A stretch of DNA of 64,000 bases, taken from the IMG/VR virus record IMGVR_UViG_3300005662_000024; one strand, given 5' to 3'. The notes under the pieces are model-generated. The model made no database searches. It saw only the letters and a list, made by a program, of their open reading frames with translations, and was not told the origin of the DNA. The position numbers were made by a program, and so were the translations under genes. Positions 10,671-25,400 of the stretch are shown one piece after another. Source of the DNA: a virus. Position 1 is the stretch's first letter, and each line of letters starts with the position of its first letter.

Positions 10671-13600
10671 TGCCTCGTAGAAGACCAATTAATCCAGCAA
10701 ATATTTCTTTAAAAATAGAAGACATATTGACAAATTATGGTGGACCAGATATTGGAAAAGCAATATTAAAAAATTTAGTAGAACAAGGTCCTTTAGGTGT
10801 TGGCCAAGTATTAAGGCTAGACGAAAGAGACGTTGACGTACTTGATGCTTCCGGAGCAGTTACCGGAACAAGACGAGCAATGCAAATTATATTTAATCAG
10901 ACTGGTCAAGCATTTCAAAACCTTGAAGAAGCAATGAACTTTGCAACCGAAAGAGGAATAGTGTCATATTCTAGACTATCTCAAAATCCAGAATATCAAG
11001 TTGGAAGACAGCTTCCATTTGGTGGCGTTAGGTCGGATATGAGAAAAATTAATATTGATATTATTAAAAGAGCTAAAATGCAACCAAATGGAAAAGTTGC
11101 AAGAGACCTAAGAAAACTTGGTTTAGGATTTTTAATGGACGATGCAGGTTTGACTGATAGAAACGGTCAAACTGTATTAAGTGAATTTTTAGAAATAAGA
11201 CCTTCAACAGTAAAAATACCGTTTCAAAGTACAGCAGAAGATTATTTAAAGAATTTTAGAAACTCAGCTGGAGAATTATTAGGAACACTACTTGAAGGCG
11301 ATGATGGATTTACTTTGTATCAATACGCATTTCCTGGAAAAGATTTATTGACTCAAGAACAAATACTTAAATTAAGAGCGTATGCAGGTCTTCCAGAAGT
11401 AAATATTCAATCAGCAATAGATGCTCTTAAGAAAGGTGTAGATCCTGAAAAAGGAATAGAATCTAAAATAATGAAGTTGGGAAAAAGACAAAAGGGAACA
11501 TATTCTCCTAGACAGCTTTCTGCAACAGGTAAAGGCTTAAGTACTTTCATGAGAGGCGGAACACAAGATATAGCAGATACAGTATTAAGAGTAGACACTA
11601 GGGCGGAACTATTGTTTGCAGGTTTATCCAGCAAGGTTACAAATAATGCTCTTAAGTCATCTTTGGCCGATGCATTTAATAGTTTAGATTATAATTTTTA
11701 TAGAAATTTAGACTTAGCAGCATCAGAAGCTTTCGGTAATTTTACAGAAATTTTTGGAAATGAAATTAAACAAGGCGACTATAATAGGTTGGCTCAAATA
11801 CTCGAATCAGTAAAAGGTTCTACAAGTGTAACTTCAGATTTTGAAAGCGCCGTTAAAGCAGATACTAGGTTAAGTAAAAATGTAAAAGATAGAGTAGGTG
11901 TTTTGTTGTCTAAAATGGAAGTACAAGTTGACGGTGCATTAAGAGGTTCTGCTGCATATTTTGATGAGTACGCAGCCTCGCTTCAAAAAACTTTTGATAG
12001 ATTAAATACTAAGAAAAAAAATCTTACGGCAACAGAGTCAGAATTAAGAAAACTAGATGATATACATAAAACTCTTAAGTCTTTCGCTACTCAAAACAAA
12101 AATGGAAATTGGGTAACAGATAGAAATTTATATGGAATGACAGCAAGAATAAACTTTGAGCAGGGATCTTATACTCCTCAGGTAAAAGGTAGACTTGGTT
12201 TTGTTGATGAAATAGTTACAAAAAGCGGAAAGAAGTACGCATTTGTTACTCCTGATGTAAATATTAAAAAAGAAGCATCTTTAGCTAAAGGTATATTTTT
12301 AGATGTATTAGGAAGAGATAAGGGAGTTGATAAGCTTATTGCTCCTGATATACAAAGCTTAGTGCAATATTCTTCTTCTTTTATAGATTTAGATCCAACA
12401 ACTGGTTTAGGCAGTGCACCAAAAGTTACTCAGATGTATGCACAACAGCAATTGCAACAGTTAGACGAAATACTTCAAAGCAGGATTGTTCCAACTGATG
12501 TTATTGATTCAATAATACAAAAAATGGAAACCTCAGAGGAAGCTGCATTTAACGCTGTGTATAGAGCAGGAAAAAGAGGAACTCAATTAACTCATCAACA
12601 AAGTGTTAAAGCAATGCAAAATGCACTATTAACTGGAAACTTTAATACCGAAGCATACAATGCATTATTTAACGAATTTATTTCAAGAACGTATACTGTT
12701 AAAAGAGTTAGTTCTTCTGGAAGAACTAAAACATTCGTTATACCAAAAACCCCAGATCTATATAGGTTTGACATAGAAAGCGAAGCTTCTTCACTTATGG
12801 GTACAAATGAAGCAAGGCTTTTGCAATACGGAAGGGATACAGAGGTTGTTAAAATGGGATCTGGAACATCTGATATATCTTTGCCTGTAACAAGAATTAA
12901 TAATCATAGAATGTTATTCTCTTCACAAAATTCTATAAAATATCAAGCTTCGCATGGTGGTTTCGACTTTGACGATAAAGGAATGCCAAGTATTAGATCA
13001 TACGTAGATACATCAAATGGAGAAAGAAGACTAGCACTATTCTCATTCAGGCAGCCTCCAAGCATTGGCGAATACTCTGTTAGCTCATTTTTAAAGGATC
13101 AAGAAACTTTAAATAATCTATTTGGACATAGCGATGAATTTAAATCCACCTTAAGGACACTTGCAGATACAGACCAAGAAGCAGCTGAGCTTCTTCAGTA
13201 TATGGAAATGAAACCAGTAGATAAAGCATCCGGTAGAGAATTTGCTAAGCTACATAGAAAATTTGCAGGAGTTGGCGTTAGTAATAAAGATATCAACGCA
13301 GGAAATTATTATGGAACAGCTCAATCAAAACTTTTGTCTTCAAATAATTCTTTATTTAAAGATGGTCAAACATCAGCAGATCGAGTGATTATGTCCGTTT
13401 ATGAAAGAATGTATGGCACTGCTCCCGCAGAACTAGCGGAAGATGTTATGAGGGCTTTGAATATTACTAAATCTGGATCACCACTTGCTCTTACCGCTGA
13501 AACCTTTAAGGCTCTTGGGGATAAAGAAAAACTAGAATTTGCTCCACACTATATACAGGGAAATATATATAGAATGTTTGCAGAGTCTAAAGAAATTCCT

Positions 13601-15986
13601 TATACAGCTGAAGAAAAAAATAAGATAGCATCAATAATAAATAGATATGGACTTTCTTCTAACATAACCGCAAATATGGATGAGGCTACTTACAGAGTCG
13701 GTTTAGGAAATTTGATGGAAACGCTCTTAAGTAATACAGGGTCACGGAAACGCAGACGTAGCTCTTGCAGAGATTAACGCAATACAAAGCGCCTATAAAC
13801 TTAGGCTTACATTAGCATCAAGTGATGAAATTCTTGGAAGCTACATTAATACACTAACTGCCTTGGGTTCTTCGGTTCAACAGTTTGATGATATATTATC
13901 GGGAATAAATGGAAATCAAAACTTAAGCGGTTTAAGCAGAGTAATTGATCAAAACCTAGCTGCATTTATAATTGGATCAGAAAACGCAATTGACTTCACT
14001 AAAGCAGCAGGCGGTATGAAGATAAGAGGAGTAGGCGACGTTGTACAGTCTAATATAATAGCAAAAGGATTAGCTGATGCAGCAAGCATGTATGGTACTA
14101 GTATGACAGCTTCTCAAATGGCAACAATAATACAAAATCTAGGTGTTCAAAATCTAAACGACGCAGGTATAGAAAATATTACTAACCTTGGAAGAAGAAT
14201 AGGATTCTTTAGAACAGCCGGAGCAATGTTTGAAGCTGAGGATATGTCTAAGTTTGGTGTTGATATGGCATTAATTCAAAGATCTTTAACTGGTAAAAAA
14301 GCTAAAGAAGCTTTAATACAAGGTATCATGTCTGGCTCTGACATAGCTGTTAATAAAATTAACTTTGCAAGAGCAGATCAAAAAGCTCTAGGCGAAGCTA
14401 TGAGAAGCAAATTTGAAGGCATGAGCGATGCAGAGATAATGAAGGCAATAGCATTACCTGCAAATAGTAAGTACGCAGCCTTAACCATTCAAACCACTTT
14501 TGGTCAAGCTATTAGAGGTACATTTGGAAATATATCTAAACGCGAAATAATGTTAAGAAGGTCTTCCGAAATAGATGCATTTTATTACAGAAGAGAGCAA
14601 TCAGTTCTTCCAACTTCTGTAACTGAAGTAGCAGAGAGAATAGTGGAAGATTTTAAAGCTGATTTTGATTCAATAGAAAACTTTGCAAAAACACAAAGAC
14701 AAGATCTAGGAGAACTTACTCAACAAGCTGAAGCAAGACAGTCTTTGGCTAAAATAAAATTAGCACAAAAATATAAAGAAGAAATACAAAATTCAGTTCA
14801 AGAACTTCAAAGAATGGGATTCTCAAATATTGAAGATTTAGACTTAGCTGACGCAATAGCATACGTTGGAAGAGTTAAAAAGGTTGGTAGATCTTCTCTA
14901 GAAGACTTTATGGGAGTAGAAGATCCAAGATCTCAAGGTTATATTAGTCAGCTATTTTCAAATGCACAGCTAAGAAGAGACTACTTTATGCTTAGCTCTA
15001 GCCCTGATTTTAAGGCAAGTGAATCATATAAACTTCAACAAGTTATGGATAGAGCTTTAGGAAGAGTTTCTCAAAATCAAATGACAAAACTTGAAGAATC
15101 ATTTACTGATGTACAGGAAATATTTAAATTCCTACAAAGAATATCCGAAAAACCTTCTAGTATAAGAAGGCAAGGGGTAGCAGGAGCAACGTTAAATGAA
15201 TTAGTTGATGGAATAATGACTGTAGAAGATTTTCATAGACTAGTAGGAAAAAAGAAAAATACAGTTGGAGCATTTGCCGATCAAGATTTTGGTTATCTAA
15301 GATTAACAAACGTTGGTAGATCAGTAAATGGTGGATATCAGAAAATGTATGACGATATCATAGAAATGAGTACAGCATCTGAAGTTGATATGTTTGAAAA
15401 TGATATAAGATATGCGCAAGGTATAATGAGTGACTTAAGTACAGTTTATCAAGCTAGAGCAAAAGGACTAGAGACAAGATATATGACATCTTCTGGGGAT
15501 GTAGTATTGCCTAGACTTAGTATACCTGGAGGAGGGTCAAACGCAGCTCAAGTTATATCTGGACAAAAATATAAAAGGCTTTCTACTTTAATAGAAGATG
15601 GAACAATTCAAAAATTGATGGACAGACCTTACATTAAGGGAAGCGCTATTGGTGTAGCTAGCTTTGCAGCCTTTGGTTTAATTTATTCAGCAATGAAAGA
15701 CAGAACTCCAGAAGATATGCAAGGTCCACCACTTCTTCCAGGAGGAAGTGCGTATGAAACAGCTTATCCAGGAAATAGTTTAAATCTTCCTATACCAGAA
15801 TACTTATTAGGTTCTAGTGGAAATGGCGTTACATATAAAGTAAATGCTTCTGGTAGCTCCGAAAATGCAAGAAGATTTGGTGAAGCAGCTAGGGGTGTTT
15901 CTTCTGGTTCTTCTTCTATTAATTATTATGATAATATAAGAAATATCTCAACAGACCCATACAAGCAGATGGGTGAGTCTTACTAA
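10670..15986 (+). CDS. Giant virion/ejected protein, about 1771 aa via +1 shift at CGG-A (13745-13748)
   Basis: AGGAG RBS; frame 0 stops at 13777; +1 frame is open from 13731 and joins ORF 13863..15986; C-terminal hydrophobic segment GSAIGVASFAAFGLIYSAM. Confidence 0.65.
13745..13748 (+). other. CGG +1 recoding site 2 (TCA CGG-A AAC), codon 1026
   Basis: In-frame CGG in a window of about 45 nt bounded by stops in both frames. Confidence 0.8.
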
Positions 15987-15994
15987 GGATACAA

Positions 15995-16456
15995 ATGCGT
16001 GATATAGTTTCTCAAAACAAAGAACTCTCTGCTGCAGGAAAAACCCCAAAAGATACTAGCCCTAGAGTAGATAAAGCATTAAATGATTCAGCTTCTGTGT
16101 CTTCTTCTAAGAATCCACAAAGTGATCTTTCTATTAATAAAGCAAAGATAGCAGAATCTACCGCAAGAATAACAAAAGCAAAACCCTCATATGAAGGGTA
16201 CATGAACTCTCCATCTGCTCACATATCAATGAATAATTCTGGATATTTGAATACAAGAGTTCAAAAAGCTAGATATAAAGAAAAACCAATACAAAAATTT
16301 GTTGAAAATAAAAATAATTTACTTGGGTCCTTTAATAATCAACAGAATTCTGCTATAATTAATAGGCATGTAGGTTATAATTCCGGTTCTCTTTTTGAAG
16401 AAAATTCTTCAAGTCAAAGGATAGCTGGAATTATTAATAATAATAATTTAATTTAA
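15995..16456 (+). CDS. Hypothetical low-complexity protein (S/N/K-rich)
   Basis: 153-aa ORF with AAGGA RBS that fills the gap between the giant genes. Confidence 0.6.
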   Translation: MRDIVSQNKELSAAGKTPKDTSPRVDKALNDSASVSSSKNPQSDLSINKAKIAESTARITKAKPSYEGYMNSPSAHISMNNSGYLNTRVQKARYKEKPIQKFVENKNNLLGSFNNQQNSAIINRHVGYNSGSLFEENSSSQRIAGIINNNNLI

Positions 16457-16464
16457 AGGTAAAA

Positions 16465-19400
16465 ATGGCTAATAACGATAGAGTTACGCAACAGCAACTG
16501 TTAAATTATTTATCAAGTTTTTGGGCGAGTGCGCAACAATCAATAAAAGTAGAGGGTGAGATAATACGTCCTCTGCAGGAAATACTTGGTGCAGACCTAT
16601 ATAATTACGCAAATAAAACGCGGAGGCTCTACAAATGCTTACCAAAACGCTTCTTTTTGGGCGGGGCAACAATATTCTTACATTGCTAAAGCAAGAGCCA
16701 GTTTATTAAGTTCTGATAACGCAAGAAGTATTTTTTTTACTAGCTCGCCTTCTCCTGGGTATAGTAAACCAGATGGTTTCGGCATTTCATTCAATCCTAA
16801 AAATAGACAAATTAATTACGTAGATCAATTAAATGGTTATTCTTTAAATTTTGAAAATATAATTTCTCCAAAAGATTTTTTTGAAATTATATCACCATCT
16901 GATTTAGACTTTAATAAAAGTGAAGACATTAAAAAATATGGTTATTTATATACAAAGTTAGTTCAAAGCGAACTTCTTAATGTTGTATTCTTTAAACCTG
17001 CAATACAAAAGTTTGCGCAAAAAAGATACACCAACAAAGACGCCTTAGAAAATTCAGCGCTTAATGCCCTAAGTCAAGATGGGTCAGATTTAGAGTGGCT
17101 TAACATGTTAATGGTAGCCTATAACACAATAGTTAAAGACCCAATTTTGACCTATCAACTCTATCAGTACATGCCAAACCTAGCTAAATTTATTTTTGAT
17201 GCCCTGGCTGCAACTGCAGATTATTCAAACAATGGAATGGGTGGATCTGAGTCTGACCCACTTAATGATCCGGTACAAATAGCATTAAGAATGTTTAAAT
17301 CATTTGGTTTAGATAAAGATGGAGAGCCAGTATTTAAACCAGCTTGGACCTTGGTTAACACTGGTATAAGAATACAAAAAGCCCTAGAGCAATTTCCTTT
17401 TAGGGCAAATATACCACCAAGAACACCTGATATATTTCACCTTAGAATAGGCGCATCAAACTTTTATGTTCCACCTGTATCAATAAATGTTGATTCTAAT
17501 TTTAGAACTGGAAGCTTAACAGGTGGAGCGATCAGACAAAAGAATACTCCAAAATTTAACACTGGCTATAAAGATACAACAATATCTCTAAGACTGTACT
17601 TTCCAAATTATGAAGAAATTTGGGGAGTATCGATTATAGATGCAGGCAGCATAGATCTAACAAAAGATAATTTTAATATAGACTTTAGTAGTGATACGGA
17701 AGAAAAAATAGATAAATTTCTTTCTTCTTTACGAGGTTTAATTGCAACCTTTAAGTCATCTCCAATTATACCAATTAAAAATGATTACATAAATAGGGTT
17801 CATGGAATAACTGGCGTGGGCTTAGCTAATATGTCTATTTCTACAATTCCAAGTTTTCCATTCTGCTTAGTAGTAGATTTGGAAATGAACGCTTTTAATC
17901 ATAAACCATTTCTTCCTATGATTAAAGATTTTAATCAAGCTGTTCATTGGGGTAAGTATAGACATTACATTGGTAGGGCAGCGCAAGAATTAGATAGGTA
18001 TGTAAATAACCAGTTCTTGATTAAGAAACAAAATGAAACTGACTCTACGGGTTATAAAGAAGTTACTCTTCCGAACATGGACTTATCAGAAGAAAATGCA
18101 ATAGTAAGAAACGCTCTTTCGTCAACTACTGATGGTCAAGCCGTAGAAAAGTCTTCCGTAAATAATAGTATAGACGAAAGCACTTTTAGTACGGTAACAG
18201 TAAATCCTTATTCCGATTGGAAAAATGGCAATAATATAGAAATATATATGCCTGAGAGAGTTCAAAGTAAGATATTTACGCCAGATACTTCTACTTTTAG
18301 AACTAACCAAGAAAGACTCTTAACGGATACTGGAAGAGATATTTGGGGATCAATATTAAATATTATTGGAATAGACGTAAACGAATCTGCTGGATATGGA
18401 AGGTCTCTTGATTCTGTAGTTAATACTACTTTAGATAGAGTTTATAGCCCAACTTTAAAAAGAAAAGTAAACACCGCACTAGATCTACTTCTTGCAGGTA
18501 GGGGATCTGATGGTATTAATGCAAAAGTGTATGATTATTTAGTTAATGTATACATTCTTAATAATCCAACAATTTTTAATCTTGCAAATGGAGTTGAGTA
18601 TCTAAAGAAGCAAACAGAAGAACGTCCATCTAACAATTACACTTATCCAATTCCAGGAAAAGATAAGGCAACCTTTCCAGAAATAAGAGCATATTTAGAT
18701 TATGAAGCAAACAACGAAAAAGGTGTTCTTAATTTACTTCTACAAGAAATTGTGGAAGAAAAAATGGCAGATAAAACCTTAAAGATATCTAGAGAAGAAG
18801 CAGAAAAACAAGCAAAAGAAGAACTAACAGATTCATTCAATAAAACCTTATATGAAAGATTTTTTATAGCTGGTCCAATAAAAGACTATATAGACGCAGC
18901 GCAACAAAAAGCTGGATCAATCTCATTTAATGAGTGGGAAGTTCCAATGATTAAAGTTGATCTTAATCCAAAAAACGTAATTGTTGATGGAGTAAGTCTA
19001 ACAATGGGAAACAACTTAGTTAGACTTCAAGTTCAAATGCAGGACGAACCAACGTATCAACATGTTGGAGGAAAAGATACATACATAAGTATGTCAATGA
19101 CTATTTTTGGTGAAGAAGATTTAATAAAAATTAGAAATATATTTGAACATATTAATGGCTTGGCAAGACTGGAACATGCAGCCGGAGTAATAGGTTTCTT
19201 AGGAATTAAAAATATTATATCTGCGTTAGCTGGAGTAAAGTATGTTCTTCCTCTTAGATATAATGTCGACACAATACCAAACTTTCCGCATGTATATAAA
19301 GTTCAATTGACTTTAGTTGACTTTGATATTTTTCAACAAAAAAGAGAAAAACTTTCCAGTAAACAACAAGAGCAGTTTGTTAATGAGTTCGGAACAAAAA

Positions 19401-22400
19401 AGAATCCATTCCTTAGAATAAAACAACTATGGGGAAGCTTTAATTCATATCCAGATCTTCCATTGGAAGTTTACGATAAGGATGGAAATGTTGTTGGTTG
19501 TTTGGATCCTGATTATTATTTCAGAGGATTTGAAATGATGGATAGGGATGTAATCAACAACCAATCAATACAGGAGTCTGCAAGACTTACAGCTTCTTTC
19601 TCTTCTGAAAAAGAAGATAGTAGGCCGTCTTCAGAGAAAATAAAAGAAGATGAAAAATATATCATTCAAATAGTTGACTTCTTAAAAGCTGGGTTAATGA
19701 GCGAATTAAGTGTTTGGGCTGAATCTAATCAGTTAACTCCAAGTAGACTTTATTCCTTAATACAAAAGACAATACAAAAATATAATAATTTAAATGAAAG
19801 TTTATTATTAGACTATGTAAATTCTTTAACGTTTGAAGATAAAATATATATATTTACGGACACAAATTTTTCGGTTCCGATGGGAGAATTTAGGGTAGGA
19901 GAAGTAACTTCCGGAACAAAAGAGATCTTAGAAAAAACACTCCATGAAGTATTAAACCAATCAACATCTGAAGAAAAATGGGTAAGCATAAATCCAGATA
20001 ATCTTACCGAGAATGTAGACAATTCAGATGGTGAACTTTTAGACTATTTTCATGGAATAGTCTATGCAATTCCAGCTATGGAAAAGGGTTACGATACAAA
20101 CATACCCGCAATGATGCAAACGGCCCTGGGTTATAATTTTGGATACATAAATAGAAATGATGGAAGATTTTATCTTCAAAATAATGGATTTAATGTAAAA
20201 GAAACAAAAGATGAAAAAGGTAATATAAATAAAAATATATCTTTTATAAAAGTTTCAGATACTCAAACTCCTGATAATCAAGTAAACCAAGCTCATATGG
20301 CAGATGTTGGAACAAAGGCGCTTTCAGAGTATCAGTACGCCTACTCTTCTGGTGGTAGAGAATCAGAGTCAATAGGACCTAATAAGGGTGATCAATTTTC
20401 TGTAACAAAACATTGGGAAAAAATGTTAGTAGATACCTCTTACAGAGATATATCTGGAAGAATGATTAGAGCATACCCAACATATATGTTGTGGCTCATA
20501 GATGAGGGTGGACTTAGGTATTTTGGAACTAAACTTTTCGATAACTTTTATGGACTTCAATCAATAATAGATTTTTCAATTGTTCAATCAGAAGACATAT
20601 TAGGCGACACTTTAATATTTAGAGTATCTAATATGTACTCTAAGTTAAGTAGACCAGAAACTAGTAGAATTTTTGAACCAGGAAATCAAACTGGAACAAA
20701 TAATTTTAATATGACTGAAGGAATCAGTACAATTATAGACACTTTGTTAAATAGGCAAAGAAACTTTCAAGCACATTTTAACAGTAAGTATGTTGTTGAC
20801 ATAGAAAATATAAGACTAAAACCTGGTGTTAGAGTCCACCTAAAAGGTGGATATGGATCTAATCCAAATTCTCTTCAAACTCTTTTCAATGGAATGATTA
20901 CAAATGTTGAAATGGGAGAAATAGTTACAGTTACATGCCAATCAGATGCCATAGAATTAAGTCCAATAATAAACTCTGCGAACAAAAAAGGTGATAGCGG
21001 AAAGATAGATGGAGGCATTAATACTGGAATGTTTCTTTCTGAGCCTAGAGACTTAATGGTTAAATTACTCTCTATGGGAACCTCTAGATTTAGAGAAGCA
21101 TTTGCACACGCTACAAGAGGAACTGTTTTTTCTGAAAATAAATTTGGAATAAGACATTTTGGTTCTATCCTTTATGAGCCATTAAATGAAGTTGAATCAC
21201 AGAAAAATGCAGCTGTAAAACAAGCATTCAAAAATGCAATAGATGCCGTAAGTGATGATTCATTTGGTGTTTCAACATTAATAAAAGGGGCTTGGAATCA
21301 ATCACTTGGATCTTATGATGGTGTAGACATAGCTGCAATAGGAGCAGCAACTGCAGTTGGTGCGGTTACTGGCGGTCTTGGCGTCGGAGCCCTTGCTGGA
21401 ACAGCAGGTGGATTATTAAGAACTCCAATTGTTGGTCATATGAGAACTTTAATGGCTAATCTTTCAACTCAAAGAGATTATGAAATATTCAAAAGAAATA
21501 TTTACCCAGGAAATGGACTAGGTGTATCGCAGTTCTTGGGTGGAGACTTAGACTCAGGCTGGTCAACAGCAGCTACTGCTAGTTTTGATGAATTCGATAA
21601 ACTTGGAGAAGATAGAAAAGCGTATCTAAGAAGACTAGGTGACGCTTCTTGGGATTTTGCTATACAAAGAAACAATCCAATAGTTGATGGAATAGCAGAA
21701 GCTAACAATAGAAGTATATACAATAGCAGTGGAATAGTAGGATCTGCTCAGGCGCTTTCTGTTGCAGCTAGCGCAGCAGGAGCTGGCTTAATAGCCGTTG
21801 GTATGCCGGTTGTTGGCTCCGCAATGCTCGGTGCAGGTTTATTGGGGGCTGCCAACGGAAGATCAACAGGAGCTATATTCGAGACTATGGGATTATTATC
21901 ATCATTAGATGATGATCTACCTGGATTTGATGAAGTTTCCTTTAGGGCTCAAACTTACATGAGAAGTGTTTGGGACATGTTTCAGCTTTGTGCAAGACTT
22001 CTTCCTAACTACATTGTAGCAATAAGACCATTTGAAGATAGATCTACTGTTTTCTACGGAAAACCGCACTGGCTATATACATCTGGCGTGGTTCCAATTT
22101 CAACTGGATTTGTTAGCGAAGAATCTGCAGTAAAAGCAGGCCAAAAATATAATGGACCGCAAAGAATAAATAAAGATACAGATCTAGTTGAGCTTTTAGA
22201 TACAATCAATAAAGCTTCAAATCCAATGTCGGATGCAACAGCTTTTGCTAAAAGCTTTGAACCACTTAGTACAGCAAAAGAAACTGTTAGCAAAATATAC
22301 AATGGACAAGAAGAGTATGCACCAGTTGCGTATATAAAAGATAAGTATAATAGTAAATTAATTAATTTCCAAGATCCTAGAAGAATGTTCTTTCATAAAG

Positions 22401-25400
22401 ATGGAAAAATTTCTGCAAGACTTCCCTTAAATAAGGGCATAGTTTCAGTTGGTTTCCATCTTCCTTTTGGAAAAGAAACACTAAGCGAAATGAATATTGG
22501 CGATATAGCGGATAGTCATAAGCAAATACCTCAACTTCCATATAGATATCAATTTCCTTATTTTACTGATAGAAAAACTTCTTCTTTTGATGGAATTCAT
22601 AGTGGTTACATATTTAATAAAAATACAGCCAACTTAATATCATTTGATGATGATATATTTACTCGCATTTCTAATGGAGAAAGTCCAGAACTTCCAACTG
22701 ACAAAAAAACAACTAACTGGCAAGGAGGATATAATTATTTCCTTTTGTTAGCAGCTGAGTTTAAAGCTTTAAAGTCAGGTTATGGATTAGTAGATTCTCC
22801 AAGTTCAGAATATTCAAACCTGAAAGAAGAAATATCATTTAAATTTAGACAAGATGTTTTTCAATTTACTAAAGAAACTTTAACTGAAATAGATAATCAA
22901 AATTTGTCTTTTAATAATATATTTTATAATACTGCTTTTATGGACACAAACTCAACAGAAGCTAACTTTCAAATAGTTAGAATGCCATACCCAACATATA
23001 ACACAATAAATACGCAAAAATGGACTACTAGTTTTGATGCTGTAGACGCAAGTAATCCAACTCAAAACTTTCTTGGAGAGATAAATCCAACAAACGATGG
23101 GACAAATAATGCAGAATTTGCTATTGCAGATAAGTTTGAATTAAATGCTGGAATAGTGCAAAATTTAGCAAATAGTACAAATTCTATATATTCAGAATGG
23201 GGAATGCCCGCATCCGCTGAAGATGAACAATGGTACATTGCAATGAAATGGCCATATAAACCAAAATGGTTAGAAGATCCAACTATTAAATCTGCATTTA
23301 TAAATCAATATGGAAATGAAAAAACTGGATTAATGCCGCCAGGAGCCACTGTCGGCGATATTAATACATGGAATCTATACGGAGATGCTTCCGACTATAA
23401 GCAAAGAAAAGTATTAGTTTACAGTCCTACAACAAATACAGCAGTATGTTGTAGGCCAGCATATTTTTTATGGGGCGAAACAAAAGATCAAATATACAAT
23501 AACAAAAGCATGTCAAGTATTGACCCTAATGCTGTAGACGGAGGAAATGGAAATCCATTTATAGATGCGGTTGTTTCTCCAGACGCAGCATATCATTTAG
23601 GCATATTAAACACATATGGATTAGTTTCTGCAGAAGGTAATGACTATGTAAACTATGGGTTTGAAATGCAATGGTCAAGTGATAATACAATAAAAACAAA
23701 ACTGTATAAATCTTTGGCAAAATTGGTTTATGACGACGAAAACTATGACTTTTATTCAGAAGATCAATCTTCAGAATATAACAAGTATATGGGAATGTCG
23801 GTAGCTCCATACGCAAGGTCTTGTTATTTTACATTTGTTGAAGATGATTTTCCATTGGGAGTAATTCCTAGTAGTATCGTAAAATCAAGATACTATGATC
23901 TTGAGGAAACTAATAATTCTCAAAACAAATGGACAGCTGGCGAAAATTATATAATAGGATTTGGTTCTCCTGAAGATAATGTTCTTAAGGCAACATACAA
24001 TGGAGGAAACGACGCAGGAAAGTTCGATAATTTCAATAAGCCAAAAGAAGCAAATGAAATATATAGATCTTTTGGATATTTAGCTGATGTACTGGAAAAT
24101 CCAGAGTCTATGATTAAAGATAACTCTGCCATAACTGGAGTTATGTTTAAGCCTTCTTCTGGTCAAATACAATTTAGATCACAAGAAGAAGCAAAAATAG
24201 ATGCGATCATTGGAGGAAACTGGATAGGTTGGTACAATGCAATCACATCAGATCAATCCGAAGCTTTAAATACTTTAAATAAATCAGAACTATATAAAGT
24301 GCTAGATAAAGAAACTAGAACATTTAAGGATAATGATGATTCAGATTCTGGTAGAGCAACATTTAAAGATGTTTATGATGAATCGGATGTTATAGTGTCA
24401 ATGGAAGCTAGAAGAAATTATGATGAAGACTATGATCCAACAGTAACAGTAATAGCCGGAAATGGTAGAACTCTCGCAGAGGCTAGAGAAATATGGGACT
24501 TCTTTAGGGTAAATTTCCATGACGATAAAATGGTTAAATCTTTATTCTACTCTGCTTTTGGTCTTAACCCAGATGACAATGAAGAATTACCAGACTTTAT
24601 TATTAATTTGATAATGGATGATAAGAAAAATCTAAATAATCCAATTTTTGAGAGATATACATTAAAGCAAAAAACACTACCAAAAGGTGGGGAATATACT
24701 GTAAAAGACGACGCTACTGATGATTTTGAAATTCTATTAGGGGAAGATTATATTTCTGGAGAAAGAAAAATAATAGTTCCAAAATCTGGTGAGCAGACAA
24801 TAAATGTCGATAAGTCCCTTATGAAAGAAGCAATTAATTACAGCGCCGAAAAGTTTTTAGACTATAGAACAACAAACGAGAGCTCAGAAAAAGAAGTTCC
24901 AGGTTTATTTCAAGACCTAGATACTGCACTATTAATGAAGTTTGCTAAGCTTACTTCTCTTTTAAGATTCCTAATAGAAACCAACGCAAACAAAGACAAC
25001 GCCTTGTCAAGCACTAATACTACTGAATTAAATATTATATCTTTACAGAGTAGCCTAGGAATATCTAATGCAGACGAACAAACAAGAAAACAAATACTAT
25101 CAAAGATAAATAGTCCCAGAAAACTGTACCTACTAATAATAGGTTGGTTTAGGCAAGCACTATGGTCAGACGCCTATTCAAGGGCGTGGTTAGTACTTAA
25201 GCCAAATAGAAGACTTAAGCATTATTCATCTAACCCGCTCCTTCCTGGGGACTTTGGAAATGGCGGTTTAGAAAGAGCAGATGGAAAGTGGGACTTTTCT
25301 CCAATTTATAAAGCTTGGCAGGCTTTTATTGATCCAAACTCAGACTATGCTAAGGACATGGAGCAATTTAAAAAATTCTTAGTTGCTAATGCTAAAGAAG

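Noticed and set aside
13731-13863. Introns or inteins at the gene breaks
   Set aside because: The halves join by removing a single nucleotide; there is no intervening sequence.
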